Shown: positions 18,271-28,348 of the stretch, piece by piece | Layout of the letters: every line of letters starts with the position of its first letter | Numbering within the stretch: the first letter of the stretch is position 1 | Assembly: GCA_948603215.1 (NCBI GenBank) | Contig: CAPECJ010000002.1 | Coordinates: 171,805 to 235,804 of the forward strand | DNA: 64,000 nt | Origin: an uncultured Alistipes sp. | GTDB taxonomy: Bacteria > Bacteroidota > Bacteroidia > Bacteroidales > Rikenellaceae | Direction of reading: 5' to 3' | Position numbers and translations under genes: made by a program | Notes under the pieces: generated by a model | What the model was told of the DNA's origin: nothing | The model's database searches: none | What the model saw: only the letters and a program-made list of their open reading frames with translations

Positions 18271-19350
18271 CTATTTTATACGGATCTGTTGTCCGAAACG
18301 GATGACATCAGCCTCTTTGATGCCGTTCAACCGGCAAAGATTGGATACCGTCGTTCCGTATTTGTGAGCCAAGGTACTCAACGTTTCCCCTTTGCGAATC
18401 GTGTGGTAGCGACGGGCGGCTTGTTCGACGACCTCTTTTTTGTCCATCTCTTCGTTGGCGATTTCGTCGTCGAAATCCTGCCCCGCATTCGAATAGATGC
18501 TGAAGAACGATTTTTTGAGCAGGAATGTTTCGCGGCAAAGAATGCCGTTTTTGAAGTCGATCAACCGCTCGGGGTCGAACGAATGGCCGTAGTAACGGGT
18601 TTCGAAGTGCAGGTGCGGGCCTGTCGAACGGCCTGTCGATCCGCCCAGACCGATGATTTGGCCCGCCTCGACCCATTGGTTCGTCTCGACCAGACGTTCT
18701 GCGAGGTGGCCGTAATAAGTCTCCAGCCCATTGTCGTGGCGGATGATGACCAAGTTGCCGTAACCTCCGTAATTATACTGCGATATGCGTACACGACCGC
18801 TGAATGTGGCGTAGATCGGGTCACCGGTTTTCAGCGGCAGGTCGATTCCCTGATGCTGACGGCGACGCCGAGGTCCGAATTTTCCGTTCGGGTGGATGCT
18901 TCCCTGATAGGGGCAATGGTAACTCGTTACGGAATCGAGCAGCGTGATGACGACCGATTGCGGCAACTCGTCCATATCGACCTCTCGATAAGGAAAGAGA
19001 GTTGTCGTGCTCCAGTATTTCTCGAAAATCGTACTGTCTTTGGCTACCTCGCGGTCAAGGATGTATTTCCACGTGTTGTTGCTGTAAAGAATCACCCGCA
19101 GGGCGGCATTGCCCGAGTCGAGGGTGTCGATGATCGTCAGATCGTTCGTGTCGGCATTCGACAAAATCTGTTTGCGTTGGAGGCGCAGACGGAGAGCGGC
19201 GATGGAATCGGCGGCGTGAGCGTCGATTTCCGCTTCGACCTTGCCGGCCTCTGCGACCAGCGGTTCGTTCTCGGGTGCCGGTGCCTGCCCGTGCACCGTG
19301 GGCGTCGTCAGTACGACTGCGAAAAGAAATGAAAGGATAAATCGGTTCAT
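18271..19350 (-). CDS. M23 family peptidase with C-terminal LysM domain
   Basis: HQGIDL, GRSTGPHLHFETR and LysM YHTIRKGETLSTLAHKYGTTV motifs; signal peptide. Confidence 0.93.
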   Translation of the reverse strand: MNRFILSFLFAVVLTTPTVHGQAPAPENEPLVAEAGKVEAEIDAHAADSIAALRLRLQRKQILSNADTNDLTIIDTLDSGNAALRVILYSNNTWKYILDREVAKDSTIFEKYWSTTTLFPYREVDMDELPQSVVITLLDSVTSYHCPYQGSIHPNGKFGPRRRRQHQGIDLPLKTGDPIYATFSGRVRISQYNYGGYGNLVIIRHDNGLETYYGHLAERLVETNQWVEAGQIIGLGGSTGRSTGPHLHFETRYYGHSFDPERLIDFKNGILCRETFLLKKSFFSIYSNAGQDFDDEIANEEMDKKEVVEQAARRYHTIRKGETLSTLAHKYGTTVSNLCRLNGIKEADVIRFGQQIRIK

Positions 19351-19356
19351 ATTGTT

Positions 19357-19929
19357 TTATTTCGTATGCAAATAGTTTGCGGCGGCTTCGAGCGCTTGAT
19401 AAAACTCTTCGCCGAAACGCCGGATGATCGGTTCGCGCAAAGCTTTGTAAACCGGTATGCCCAACCGTTTGCCGCAGGTGCGGGCCGTTTCGCATACCGA
19501 CCACCGATGGTAGTTGAGGCCCGTGGTTCCGTTCGAGAACCGGACGAGCCGTATCGGATAGAGGTGGCACGAAATGGGTTTGCGAAAAGCTGTTCGACCT
19601 TCTTTCCAAGCCTTTTCGATGGCGCAGAACGTGATGCCGTTCTCGCAGCACGAATAGGCGCATTCGGCATTGTCGATGAGCGGTGTTGTGTAGTCGCCGT
19701 CGTCGTCGATGACCATGAATCCCTGACGTTCGATGGCCGCGATGCCCTCGGGCGTCAGATAGGGTTTGTAGGCTTCGTATTCGCGTTCGAGCACATCCAC
19801 TTCGTCCGCTTCGAGTGGAGCTCCGGCGTTCCCTTCGACGCAGCAGGCTCCCTTGCACGCTGCAAGGTCGCATGCGAAACACTCGTGCAAGAGGTCGGCG
19901 CTTACGATTTTATCGTCGATTTCGATCAT
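19357..19929 (-). CDS. DUF3109 family protein (Cys-rich, putative metal-binding)
   Basis: FACDLAACKGACCVEG...KPISCHLYPIR pattern. Confidence 0.88.
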   Translation of the reverse strand: MIEIDDKIVSADLLHECFACDLAACKGACCVEGNAGAPLEADEVDVLEREYEAYKPYLTPEGIAAIERQGFMVIDDDGDYTTPLIDNAECAYSCCENGITFCAIEKAWKEGRTAFRKPISCHLYPIRLVRFSNGTTGLNYHRWSVCETARTCGKRLGIPVYKALREPIIRRFGEEFYQALEAAANYLHTK

Positions 19930-20909
19930 TTGCGGCAGGTGTCGGCGATAACCAAGTCATAAAGTTCACCGAGCGACATGCCCATGGCGCGGGCCTGCTT
20001 CGGTACGATGCTGCCGGGGCTCATGCCCGGGATGGAATTCAGTTCGATGAAATAGGGTTTGCCCTCGGGCGTAATGATGAAGTCGACGCGTACTACCCCG
20101 CTGCAACGGCACGTTTTGTAGGCATCGAGCGTCATGCGGTTGAGTTCCGCGCGGACTTCGGGCGAGATACGGGCCGGGGTGATTTCTTCGGAGCGTCCGG
20201 CTGTGTATTTGGCCTCGTAGTCGAAGAAGTCGTTTTTCGGAACGATTTCCGTTTCGGGGAAGATGTACTCGCGGCCGCCGGCAATCAAGATCCCGCATCC
20301 GATTTCACGCCCTGTAATGCATTCCTCGATGAGGATTTCATCGTCTTGGGCGAAAGCTGCTTCGATGGCAGCTGGCAATTCCTCTGCCGTGTGGACTTTC
20401 GTCACGCCGAACGATGAACCGTTGGCGTTCGGTTTGACGAAAAGCGGCAATCCTAATTCTTGCACGATTTCTTCAGCGTCGCAGGGCTCGCCTTTGCGGA
20501 CGAACCGTTCGCGGGCCATGTTGACATGTCCGACCAGCGTACGTTTGGTCGTGATTTTGTCGAACGTTACGACCGACGAAACCATCGAACATGACGAATA
20601 GGGAACCCCCATCATGTCGAGGTAGCCCTGCAGTCGGCCGTCCTCGCCCGGTGTGCCGTGGATGACGATCAACGCGTAGTCGAATGCTTTGTGCACGCCG
20701 TCGACGGTAATTGAAAAATCGTTCTTGTCGACCTGCCATTGACGGCCGTCGGGCGCTGTATTGTGCCAGTCGCGGTGGTGTAGGTCGATCAGCGTGATGT
20801 CGTATTTTTCGTGGTCGAGCGCCTGCTCGATTTGTGCGGCGCTTTGGAGGGCGATTTCCCGTTCGGGCGAATCGCCTCCGGCCAAAAGGGCTATTTTCAA
20901 TCTTTCCAT
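19926..20909 (-). CDS. ddl: D-alanine--D-alanine ligase
   Basis: GGDSPER, HGTPGEDG, VKPNANGSSFG and ELNSIPG motifs. Confidence 0.95.
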   Translation of the reverse strand: MERLKIALLAGGDSPEREIALQSAAQIEQALDHEKYDITLIDLHHRDWHNTAPDGRQWQVDKNDFSITVDGVHKAFDYALIVIHGTPGEDGRLQGYLDMMGVPYSSCSMVSSVVTFDKITTKRTLVGHVNMARERFVRKGEPCDAEEIVQELGLPLFVKPNANGSSFGVTKVHTAEELPAAIEAAFAQDDEILIEECITGREIGCGILIAGGREYIFPETEIVPKNDFFDYEAKYTAGRSEEITPARISPEVRAELNRMTLDAYKTCRCSGVVRVDFIITPEGKPYFIELNSIPGMSPGSIVPKQARAMGMSLGELYDLVIADTCRK

Positions 20910-20918
20910 GCTATTTTG

Positions 20919-21734
20919 TCAGGGGTTGTAGATGTCTTTGTAACGGAATGCGAGTATTTCCTGTATCATATCAACGAATTGCCGGGCTTCGACGTGGTCA
21001 GCGGCGATTTGCAGAATACGGTTGAAATCGTTGAGTGCCGCACCCCATTCGTTGAGCCGGTAGTGCAACTTGCCGTGTTCGAGCAGCAGACCGATGTCGT
21101 CGGGCCTCTCGGCCAGTTGAGCCGTGACGACTGCCAAATGCGAGGCCGGGCTCCAAAGATCTTTCTGACGAATATGGGTGGCTACGTCGGGATGCAACAG
21201 ATCGGCGGTGTCTTCTCCGCTCTCGATGCGACGGCGTACTTCCGTCGCGGAAATGTCCAATAGCGGAGCATCTTTCAGCAACGTGATGCGATCGGTTAAT
21301 TCGGCGGGAATGACCGCTCCGCCTCGTGGATAGACGTAAATCGGATATTCGAGGATTTTATCGGATTCTTTCCAACCGCCGAGACGTTCGAGCTGGTCGC
21401 TGCCCATCAGAATGGAGAACTCCATGTCGTTGCCGTAGTTCTCTGTGAGGTGTCGCAGTGTGTCGATGGTGTACGAAGGCTTCGGCAGCAGGATTTCGAT
21501 GACCGAGGGTCGGATGCGGTCGGGATGGGCGGACGCCTTGCAGGCGATTTCGGCCATCTCGAAACGCTCCAGTTCCGGCGCCAGCGTCGCGGCGTCCTTG
21601 TGAGGATTCTGAGGCGAGACGATAAGCGCCACCTCATCGCACAAATCGTGCTTCACGACCCACTCGGCCAACGCGATGTGGCCTTTGTGGACGGGATTGA
21701 ACGACCCGAAGTAGAGCATCATGCGTCGTTTCAT
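20919..21734 (-). CDS. nadD: Nicotinate-nucleotide adenylyltransferase fused to a C-terminal TPR domain
   Basis: GSFNPVHKGH, PSYTIDTL and ISATEVR motifs. An extra ~75-aa TPR-like tail ends ILAFRYKDIYNP. Confidence 0.92.
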   Translation of the reverse strand: MKRRMMLYFGSFNPVHKGHIALAEWVVKHDLCDEVALIVSPQNPHKDAATLAPELERFEMAEIACKASAHPDRIRPSVIEILLPKPSYTIDTLRHLTENYGNDMEFSILMGSDQLERLGGWKESDKILEYPIYVYPRGGAVIPAELTDRITLLKDAPLLDISATEVRRRIESGEDTADLLHPDVATHIRQKDLWSPASHLAVVTAQLAERPDDIGLLLEHGKLHYRLNEWGAALNDFNRILQIAADHVEARQFVDMIQEILAFRYKDIYNP

Positions 21735-22300
21735 CGTTGGATGCCGATAAAGTTTTCGAGAATGCAGGCCGTTTCTTCGATTGCTTCGTCGAGCCGATCG
21801 TTGAGTACGATGTGGTCGAATCCTTGTGCCTTGGTCAGTTCGAACTCCGCTTTGGCGACTCGTCGGTCGATGACCTCCGGAGCGTCGGTGCCGCGGCTTT
21901 CGAGCCGGCGGCGCAGCTCTTCGACGGAGGGCGGCATGATGAAGACAGCGCAGGCATCATCGCCGAAAATACGCCGGAGGTTCAATCCTCCGATGACGTC
22001 GACATCAAAAACGATGACGTGTCCGTCGGCCCAGATGCGTTCGACTTCACTGCGCAGGGTTCCGTAGCAGGTGCCTTTGTAAACCTCCTCCCACTCGACG
22101 AACTTGTTTTCGGATACAGCCTGCATGAATTCCTCCTGCGAGAAGAAATAGTAGTCTTTGCCGTGCTGTTCGCAACCGCGCGGGGCACGGCTGGTGGCCG
22201 AAATGGAAAATTCGAGTTGCGGGTAACGTTCCAATAGGGCGCGGACGATAGTGGTTTTGCCCGAACCGCTCGGCGCGGAGAAGATGACGACCTTGCCCAT
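21731..22300 (-). CDS. gmk: Guanylate kinase
   Basis: SAPSGSGKTT, SATSRAPR and YGTL motifs. Start set at MGKVV. Confidence 0.96.
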   Translation of the reverse strand: MGKVVIFSAPSGSGKTTIVRALLERYPQLEFSISATSRAPRGCEQHGKDYYFFSQEEFMQAVSENKFVEWEEVYKGTCYGTLRSEVERIWADGHVIVFDVDVIGGLNLRRIFGDDACAVFIMPPSVEELRRRLESRGTDAPEVIDRRVAKAEFELTKAQGFDHIVLNDRLDEAIEETACILENFIGIQR

Positions 22301-23172
22301 TACAGAATGTTTAATACCTGTTCCTTGATTTTCTCTAACTCGTCTTTCATCTTGACGACCAGAATCTGGATGTTCGTTTCGTTGGCTTTCGAGCCCATCG
22401 TATTGATTTCGCGGCCCAGTTCCTGCGCGATGAAACCTAATTTGCGGCCTACGCCCTCCTCGGATGCCGCCACCTCGCGGAAATAATTGCAATGGTTGGT
22501 CAGCCGCACTTTCTCTTCGGTGATGTCGAGTTTTTCCAAGTAGAAAATCATCTCCTGCTCCAACCGGTTGCGGTCGACCTCGACGTTGAGTTTTGACAGA
22601 TTGTCGAGAATGCGTGCCTTGATGTTCTCCGTGCGGACTTTCTCATAAGGTACCACTTCGTTTTTGTACCTTTCGATCAGATCGATGCGCCGTAGCAGGT
22701 CGGCGATCAGCGTCGCGCCTTCCTGTGTGCGGAATTCATTCAGTTCGGCAGCGGCCTTTTCCGTAGCGGCGAGGAGTGCGGCGTGTTCTTCGTCGGAGAT
22801 GGTCTCGTTTTCGGTCGCCACGACGTCGGGCAGTCGCAGAATGCAGGGTACCAATGTATTGTAATTGGGTTCGAGGCCGGCGTATTCGAGCGCGTCGCCC
22901 ATCTGACGCAGGTATTCGCGGAAAGCGTCGCGGTTGATGCGGGCCGATGTCTCGACGGACTGCGATTCGACCGTCACGAACGCATCGACCTTGCCGCGTT
23001 CGAGGGCTCGTGTGATGATACTGCGGATTTCGTATTCCGATTGCCGATAGACGGCCGGCAATCGCAGGTTGAGATCCAGTTGTTTGGAATTGAGCGATCG
23101 GATTTCGACCGTGATTTTCTTATTCGATAACGTAACCTCGGCTTTTCCGAAGCCGGTCATTGATTTTATCAT
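22300..23172 (-). CDS. YicC/YloC family endoribonuclease
   Basis: MIKSMTGFG, SLNSKQLD, DITEEKVRL and GRKLGFIAQELGREINTMGSK motifs. Confidence 0.93.
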   Translation of the reverse strand: MIKSMTGFGKAEVTLSNKKITVEIRSLNSKQLDLNLRLPAVYRQSEYEIRSIITRALERGKVDAFVTVESQSVETSARINRDAFREYLRQMGDALEYAGLEPNYNTLVPCILRLPDVVATENETISDEEHAALLAATEKAAAELNEFRTQEGATLIADLLRRIDLIERYKNEVVPYEKVRTENIKARILDNLSKLNVEVDRNRLEQEMIFYLEKLDITEEKVRLTNHCNYFREVAASEEGVGRKLGFIAQELGREINTMGSKANETNIQILVVKMKDELEKIKEQVLNIL

Positions 23173-23369
23173 GATAACGGACCGTTTTGCCCCGCAAAAG
23201 TAATAAAAACTATTCAATATGTCACGGCATCGCACGGGTACATTGTGTTATTTGTCGTTTTTGCGTCCCTTCGGGCGATTCGCTTTCCTCGTGCGCTGCG
23301 AAAATTGCGACTGGAAACGGCTGTCGGGAAATAATTTGGGTCGGTATTGCTCAGTCTGAATATTTTTTC

Positions 23370-23377
23370 TATCTTTG
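23370..23377 (+). promoter_or_regulatory. -7 promoter element for serC operon
   Basis: TATCTTTG. Confidence 0.55.
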
Positions 23378-23434
23378 TGTTACTTCTTATAACAGAAAGA
23401 AAAATCATTGTCGAATCCCATAAACCGAACGGGT

Positions 23435-24508
23435 ATGAAAAAACACAATTTCTATGCGGGACCTGCCATTTTACCGCAGGAGGTGATCGAACAGGCGGCG
23501 AAAGCTATCGTCGACTTCAACGGCAGCGGATTGTCGCTACTCTCCATTTCGCATCGCACCAAAGATTTCGAGAACGTTCTCGCTGATGCGGATGCGCTTT
23601 TCCGCGAATTGTTGCATATTCCGGATAATTATCGGATTTTCTACGTTGGCGGTGGCGCCAGTACGATGTTCTACGAGGTGCCCGCCAATTTCCTTGGTAA
23701 GAAAGCCGGTTATGTAAATACGGGCGTTTGGGCGAAGAAAGCCATCAAGGAAGCCAAGTTCTACGGCGAGGTGGAGACGCTTGCTTCGTCGGACGACAAG
23801 AATTTCACCTATATTCCCAAAGGATTCGCCGTTCCGAGTGATTTGGATTATCTGCATATTACGACGAACAATACGATCTATGGTACGGAATATCACGAGG
23901 ATTTGATCTCGCCCGTGCCTCTCATCGCCGACATGTCGTCGGATATTCTTTCGCGGCCGGTCGACGTGTCGAAATACGCTATGATTTACGGCGGTGCGCA
24001 GAAGAATCTGGCTCCTGCGGGCGTGACGTTCGCCATCATCCGCGAGGATATGCTCGAACGGCAGGTGCGCGAGCTGCCGACGATGGTGTCGTTCCGCACG
24101 CATGTCGAAAACGGTTCGATGTTTAATACGCCGCCCGTATTCCCGATTTACGTGTTGTGCGAGTCGCTCAAATGGCTGAAGTCGATCGGTGGTGTGCCGG
24201 AAATTCATCGCCGTAACAAGGAAAAAGCCGCGCTGCTCTATGCCGAAATCGATCGCAACCCGTTGTTCCGTGGTACGGCTGTCGAGGAAGACCGTTCGCT
24301 GATGAACATCTGCTTCGTGATGTCCGAGGGTTACGAGGAATTGGCTCCCGAGTTCCTCGAATTTGCCAAAGAACGCGGCATGGTCGGTATCAAGGGCCAC
24401 CGTCTGGTCGGTGGATTCCGTGCGTCGTGCTACAATGCGCTGCCGAAAGAGAGTGTTGAGGCATTGGTGGCCTGCATGCAGGAGTTCGAGCATCTGCACG
24501 TCAAATAG
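23435..24508 (+). CDS. serC: Phosphoserine aminotransferase
   Basis: [28 protein letters not shown] and NTPP motifs. Confidence 0.96.
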   Translation: MKKHNFYAGPAILPQEVIEQAAKAIVDFNGSGLSLLSISHRTKDFENVLADADALFRELLHIPDNYRIFYVGGGASTMFYEVPANFLGKKAGYVNTGVWAKKAIKEAKFYGEVETLASSDDKNFTYIPKGFAVPSDLDYLHITTNNTIYGTEYHEDLISPVPLIADMSSDILSRPVDVSKYAMIYGGAQKNLAPAGVTFAIIREDMLERQVRELPTMVSFRTHVENGSMFNTPPVFPIYVLCESLKWLKSIGGVPEIHRRNKEKAALLYAEIDRNPLFRGTAVEEDRSLMNICFVMSEGYEELAPEFLEFAKERGMVGIKGHRLVGGFRASCYNALPKESVEALVACMQEFEHLHVK

Positions 24509-24622
24509 CTCGGTGGTATGGCCTATCAATTCAAGATACCTACGGCTTACAGCGCCTTGACGGGCGAGGTGGTTGCGTGGGAACAGACCGAATTACAGGA
24601 GACGACAACATTGAAACAGACC

Positions 24623-25546
24623 ATGAAAATACTCGTAGCAACCGAAAAACCATTTGCGAAAAAGGCCGTCGACGGCATTCGCGGAATCATTGAAGGTGCC
24701 GGATTCGAACTGGCGCTGCTCGAAAAATATACGGATAAGGCCCAACTGTTGGAGGCCGTTGCCGATGCGGATGCGTTGATTATCCGCAGCGACAAAGTGA
24801 CCGCTGAGGTGATCGATGCGGCGAAAAAGCTCCGTATCGTCGTTCGTGCGGGTGCCGGCTACGATAACGTAGACCTCGCTGCGGCGACGGCCCGGGGCAT
24901 CGTGGTGATGAATACGCCCGGTCAGAATTCGAACGCGGTGGCCGAACTGGCGCTCGGCATGATGATTTACATGGCCCGCAATGGCTTTACGCCCGGCACG
25001 GGCTCGGAGTTGAGCGGCAAGACGCTCGCCATCCATGCTTACGGCAATGTGGGCAAGTTGGTCGCCCGCAAAGGCAAGGCGATGGGAATGCGTGTGATTG
25101 CCTACGATCCGTTTGTCAAGGATGCGCAGGTGTTTGCTGCCGATGGTGCGGAAAAGGTTGATTCGATTGAGGATCTTTATCGGCAGGCAGACTATCTGTC
25201 GCTCCATATTCCCGCGACCGACGAGACGAAAGATTCCATCGGATATGATTTGTTGACCTCGATGCCTAAAGGCGCGACACTGGTCAACACGGCCCGCAAG
25301 GAGGTGATCGACGAGGCAGGACTGCTTCGTGCGTTGACCGACCGTGAGGATTTGAAGTACATCACCGACATTGCTCCGGCCATTCAATCCGAATTGGACG
25401 AAAAATTCGGCAAGCGGGTTTTCGCTACGGCCAAGAAAATGGGCGCCGAAACGGCCGAAGCCAATATCAATGCGGGATTAGCTGCCGCAAACCAGATCGT
25501 CGCCTACGTCAAAGAGGGCGTGACTCGTTTTCAAGTAAACAAATAG
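24623..25546 (+). CDS. serA: D-isomer 2-hydroxyacid dehydrogenase, probable D-3-phosphoglycerate dehydrogenase (short form, no ACT domain)
   Basis: RAGAGYDNVD, NTPGQNSNAVAE, LHIP and VNTAR motifs; lies in the serC operon. Confidence 0.8.
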   Translation: MKILVATEKPFAKKAVDGIRGIIEGAGFELALLEKYTDKAQLLEAVADADALIIRSDKVTAEVIDAAKKLRIVVRAGAGYDNVDLAAATARGIVVMNTPGQNSNAVAELALGMMIYMARNGFTPGTGSELSGKTLAIHAYGNVGKLVARKGKAMGMRVIAYDPFVKDAQVFAADGAEKVDSIEDLYRQADYLSLHIPATDETKDSIGYDLLTSMPKGATLVNTARKEVIDEAGLLRALTDREDLKYITDIAPAIQSELDEKFGKRVFATAKKMGAETAEANINAGLAAANQIVAYVKEGVTRFQVNK

Positions 25547-25557
25547 ACGAAAGTGTT

Positions 25558-26808
25558 ATGGTACGCATCAAACCTTTCCGCGGAATACGCCCTCCGAAGG
25601 AGTTCGCCTCCGAAGTGGCGTCGCGTCCTTACGATGTGCTGAACTCCGTCGAGGCCAAAGCCGAAGCGACGGAACGTTCACTGCTGCATATCATCAAACC
25701 CGAAATTGACTTCGAGCCGATCGCCGATGAACATGCGTCGGAAACGTATGCCAAAGCGGTCGATAACTTCCGGTGTTGGCGCGAGAAAGGATGGCTCCGG
25801 CAGGATGCGGAGGAGTGCTATTATATTTATGCGCAGACGATGGACGACCGTACGCAGTACGGACTGACGATGTGCTGCCACTTCGAAGACTACCTTTCGG
25901 GGGCCATCAAGAAGCATGAGTTGACCCGTCCCGACAAGGAGGAAGACCGCATGATTCATGTGCGCAACCAGCAGGCCAACATCGAGCCGGTGTTCTTCGC
26001 TTATCCCGACAATGCCGAAATCGATGCTATCGTTGCCAGTGTGGTCGCAAAAGAGGCACCGGAATACGATTTTACGGCTGCCGATGGGTTCGGTCATAAA
26101 TTGTGGGTGATTCGCGACCGCAAGATCAACGACCGAATTACGGAACTTTTCGCAACGATTCCGGCTCTTTACGTTGCTGACGGACACCATCGTACGGCGG
26201 CTGCTGCGCGTGTGGGTGCCGAATGCAAGGCGAAGAATCCGCAGCATACCGGTAACGAGGAATACTGTTATTTTCTGGCTGTTACGTTTCCCGCGAGCCA
26301 ATTGCGCATCATCGACTACAATCGGGTCGTCCGCGATTTGAACGGTCTGACTGCCGAACAGTTCTTGGAGCAGCTGAAAGAACATTTCGTCGTTGAGGAG
26401 AAAGGTGCGACGGAGTATCGTCCCTTGGCGCTGCACAATTTCGCGATGTATTTCGACGGTCGCTGGTGGAGCCTGACGGCCAAGTCGGGCACTTATGACG
26501 ACAACGACCCGATCGGTGTTCTGGATGTTACAGTGCTTTCGGAGCATGTGCTGGACAAGGTTTTGGGAATTACAGATTTGCGCACGTCGAAACGAATCGA
26601 TTTCGTGGGCGGCATTCGCGGTCTGGGCGAACTGAAACAGCGTGTGGATAGCGGGGAGATGCAAGTGGCTTTTGCGCTCTACCCTGTTTCGATGCAGCAA
26701 CTGATCGACATCGCCGATACGGGCAATATCATGCCGCCGAAGACGACATGGTTCGAGCCGAAACTCCGTTCGGGTGTGGTGATACACTCTTTCGCAGAGC
26801 AAGATTAG
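25558..26808 (+). CDS. DUF1015 family protein (ParB/Srx-like motif)
   Basis: KPFRGIRP, PYDV, KKHELTRPDKE, YVADGHHR and MPPKTTWFEPKLRSG motifs. Confidence 0.9.
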   Translation: MVRIKPFRGIRPPKEFASEVASRPYDVLNSVEAKAEATERSLLHIIKPEIDFEPIADEHASETYAKAVDNFRCWREKGWLRQDAEECYYIYAQTMDDRTQYGLTMCCHFEDYLSGAIKKHELTRPDKEEDRMIHVRNQQANIEPVFFAYPDNAEIDAIVASVVAKEAPEYDFTAADGFGHKLWVIRDRKINDRITELFATIPALYVADGHHRTAAAARVGAECKAKNPQHTGNEEYCYFLAVTFPASQLRIIDYNRVVRDLNGLTAEQFLEQLKEHFVVEEKGATEYRPLALHNFAMYFDGRWWSLTAKSGTYDDNDPIGVLDVTVLSEHVLDKVLGITDLRTSKRIDFVGGIRGLGELKQRVDSGEMQVAFALYPVSMQQLIDIADTGNIMPPKTTWFEPKLRSGVVIHSFAEQD

Positions 26809-26846
26809 TTTTGACGGAAAAACCGTTCGGACGGTGATTTATTCAG

Positions 26847-26878
26847 CCTCTGCCGCAAATATTTGCGGCAGAGGTTTT
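26847..26878 (+). terminator. Terminator of the ser operon (perfect 28-bp palindrome)
   Basis: CCTCTGCCGCAAATATTTGCGGCAGAGG followed by TTTT. Confidence 0.75.
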
Positions 26879-26982
26879 ATTGCGGCTTTTCGAAAACCGT
26901 CGGACGATATTTTTTCGTATTTTCGGAAGAAACAATCGCTTCGGAATGGTGGAGAAAGTTTGCTTTTCTTCCGAAAAAATCC

Positions 26983-26990
26983 TATATTTG
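26983..26990 (+). promoter_or_regulatory. -7 promoter element for the oxidoreductase operon
   Basis: TATATTTG. Confidence 0.55.
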
Positions 26991-27016
26991 TCCTGAAATA
27001 TATCAATCAGGACGTT

Positions 27017-27244
27017 ATGGCAAAAATCAAAGGTTCTATCGTCGTCGACAACGAACGGTGTAAGGGTTGCGGAGTTTGTGTGGCTTCGTGTCCGTGCGAC
27101 GTGCTCGCTTTGTCGTCCGAAGTGAATGGCAAGGGGTATCCCGTCGTGCGGATGGCCCATCCTGAAGCCTGCACGGGGTGCGCTTCGTGCGGCGTGATTT
27201 GTCCCGACAGTTGCATTACGGTTTACCGTCAAAAAATCGAATAG
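27017..27244 (+). CDS. 2[4Fe-4S] ferredoxin, delta subunit of 2-oxoacid:ferredoxin oxidoreductase
   Basis: Two CxxCxxCxxxCP motifs. Confidence 0.93.
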   Translation: MAKIKGSIVVDNERCKGCGVCVASCPCDVLALSSEVNGKGYPVVRMAHPEACTGCASCGVICPDSCITVYRQKIE

Positions 27245-27248
27245 ACTT

Positions 27249-28343
27249 ATGGCAGAGAAAGAGGTGAAGTTGATGAAAGGCAACGAAGTGATTGCCCATG
27301 CGGCGATTCGCTACGGTTGCGACGGCTATTTCGGTTATCCCATCACGCCCCAGTCGGAGGTGATGGAGACGTTGATGGAGCTCAAACCGTGGGAGACCAC
27401 CGGTATGGTCGTCTTGCAGGCCGAATCAGAGGTGTCTTCCATCAATATGCTGTATGGCGGTGCCGCCACCGGCAAGCGTGTGATGACTTCATCGTCGAGC
27501 CCCGGCATCTCGTTGATGTCCGAGGGGTTGAGTTATCTGGCCGGTGCTGAACTCCCCTGCCTGATTATCAACTGCCAGCGCGGCGGCCCGGGCTTGGGTA
27601 CTATCCAACCGTCGCAGGGCGATTATTTCCAAGCGACAAAGGGAGGCGGTCATGGCGATTTCCATTTGATCGTCTTGGCTCCGAATTCTGTGCAAGAGAT
27701 GCACGATCATGTGGCCGAAGCATTCGATTTGGCATTCAAATATCGCAATCCCGCCATGATTCTGGCGGACGGCGCTATCGGTCAGATGATGGAAAAGGTC
27801 GTGCTGGCTCTGCAGCGTCCGCGTCGAACCGACGACGAAACTCGAGCTGAGGCCCGTGCATGGGCTGCATTCGGCAAGACCGACGACCGTAAACGCAATA
27901 TCGTGACATCGCTCGAATTGCAATCGGAGAAAATGGAAATCATCAATCAACGGTTGCAGGCGAAATATCGGACGCTGGAGAAGAATGAAGTTCGTTATGA
28001 GGCCATTGAATGCGACGATGCGGATTATGTCATCGTGGCGTTCGGTTCGTCGGCCCGCATCTGTTCGGCGACGGTCGAAATGGCCCGTGCCGAGGGGTTG
28101 CGTGTCGGTCTGTTGCGCCCCATCACTCTGTATCCGTTCCCGAAAAAGCAACTCGCCGATTTGGCGGCTCGTGGCGTGAAAGGTTTTCTCTCTGCTGAAC
28201 TGAATGCTGGTCAGATGGTCGAGGATGTCCGTTTGGCTGTCAATGGAAAAGCGCCCGTAGAGCACTACGGACGTCAGGGCGGTATGTTGTTCAACCCCGA
28301 CGAGGTGCTTGCGGCACTCAAAGAAAAACTGATTAAAAAGTAA
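27249..28343 (+). CDS. vorB: 2-oxoacid:ferredoxin oxidoreductase alpha subunit (VorB type)
   Basis: GNE, GYPITPQSE, QAESE and TSSSSPG motifs. Confidence 0.9.
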   Translation: MAEKEVKLMKGNEVIAHAAIRYGCDGYFGYPITPQSEVMETLMELKPWETTGMVVLQAESEVSSINMLYGGAATGKRVMTSSSSPGISLMSEGLSYLAGAELPCLIINCQRGGPGLGTIQPSQGDYFQATKGGGHGDFHLIVLAPNSVQEMHDHVAEAFDLAFKYRNPAMILADGAIGQMMEKVVLALQRPRRTDDETRAEARAWAAFGKTDDRKRNIVTSLELQSEKMEIINQRLQAKYRTLEKNEVRYEAIECDDADYVIVAFGSSARICSATVEMARAEGLRVGLLRPITLYPFPKKQLADLAARGVKGFLSAELNAGQMVEDVRLAVNGKAPVEHYGRQGGMLFNPDEVLAALKEKLIKK

Positions 28344-28348
28344 CGGCT

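Noticed and set aside
24518-24622. 35-codon in-frame extension upstream of serA
   Set aside because: Homology-like sequence begins at MKILVATEK. I saw no evidence that the extension is translated.
26817-26907. Imperfect direct repeat GAAAA(A)CCGT(T)CGGACG flanking the ser-operon terminator
   Set aside because: It is short and imperfect, occurs only twice and has no associated element. It may be chance.
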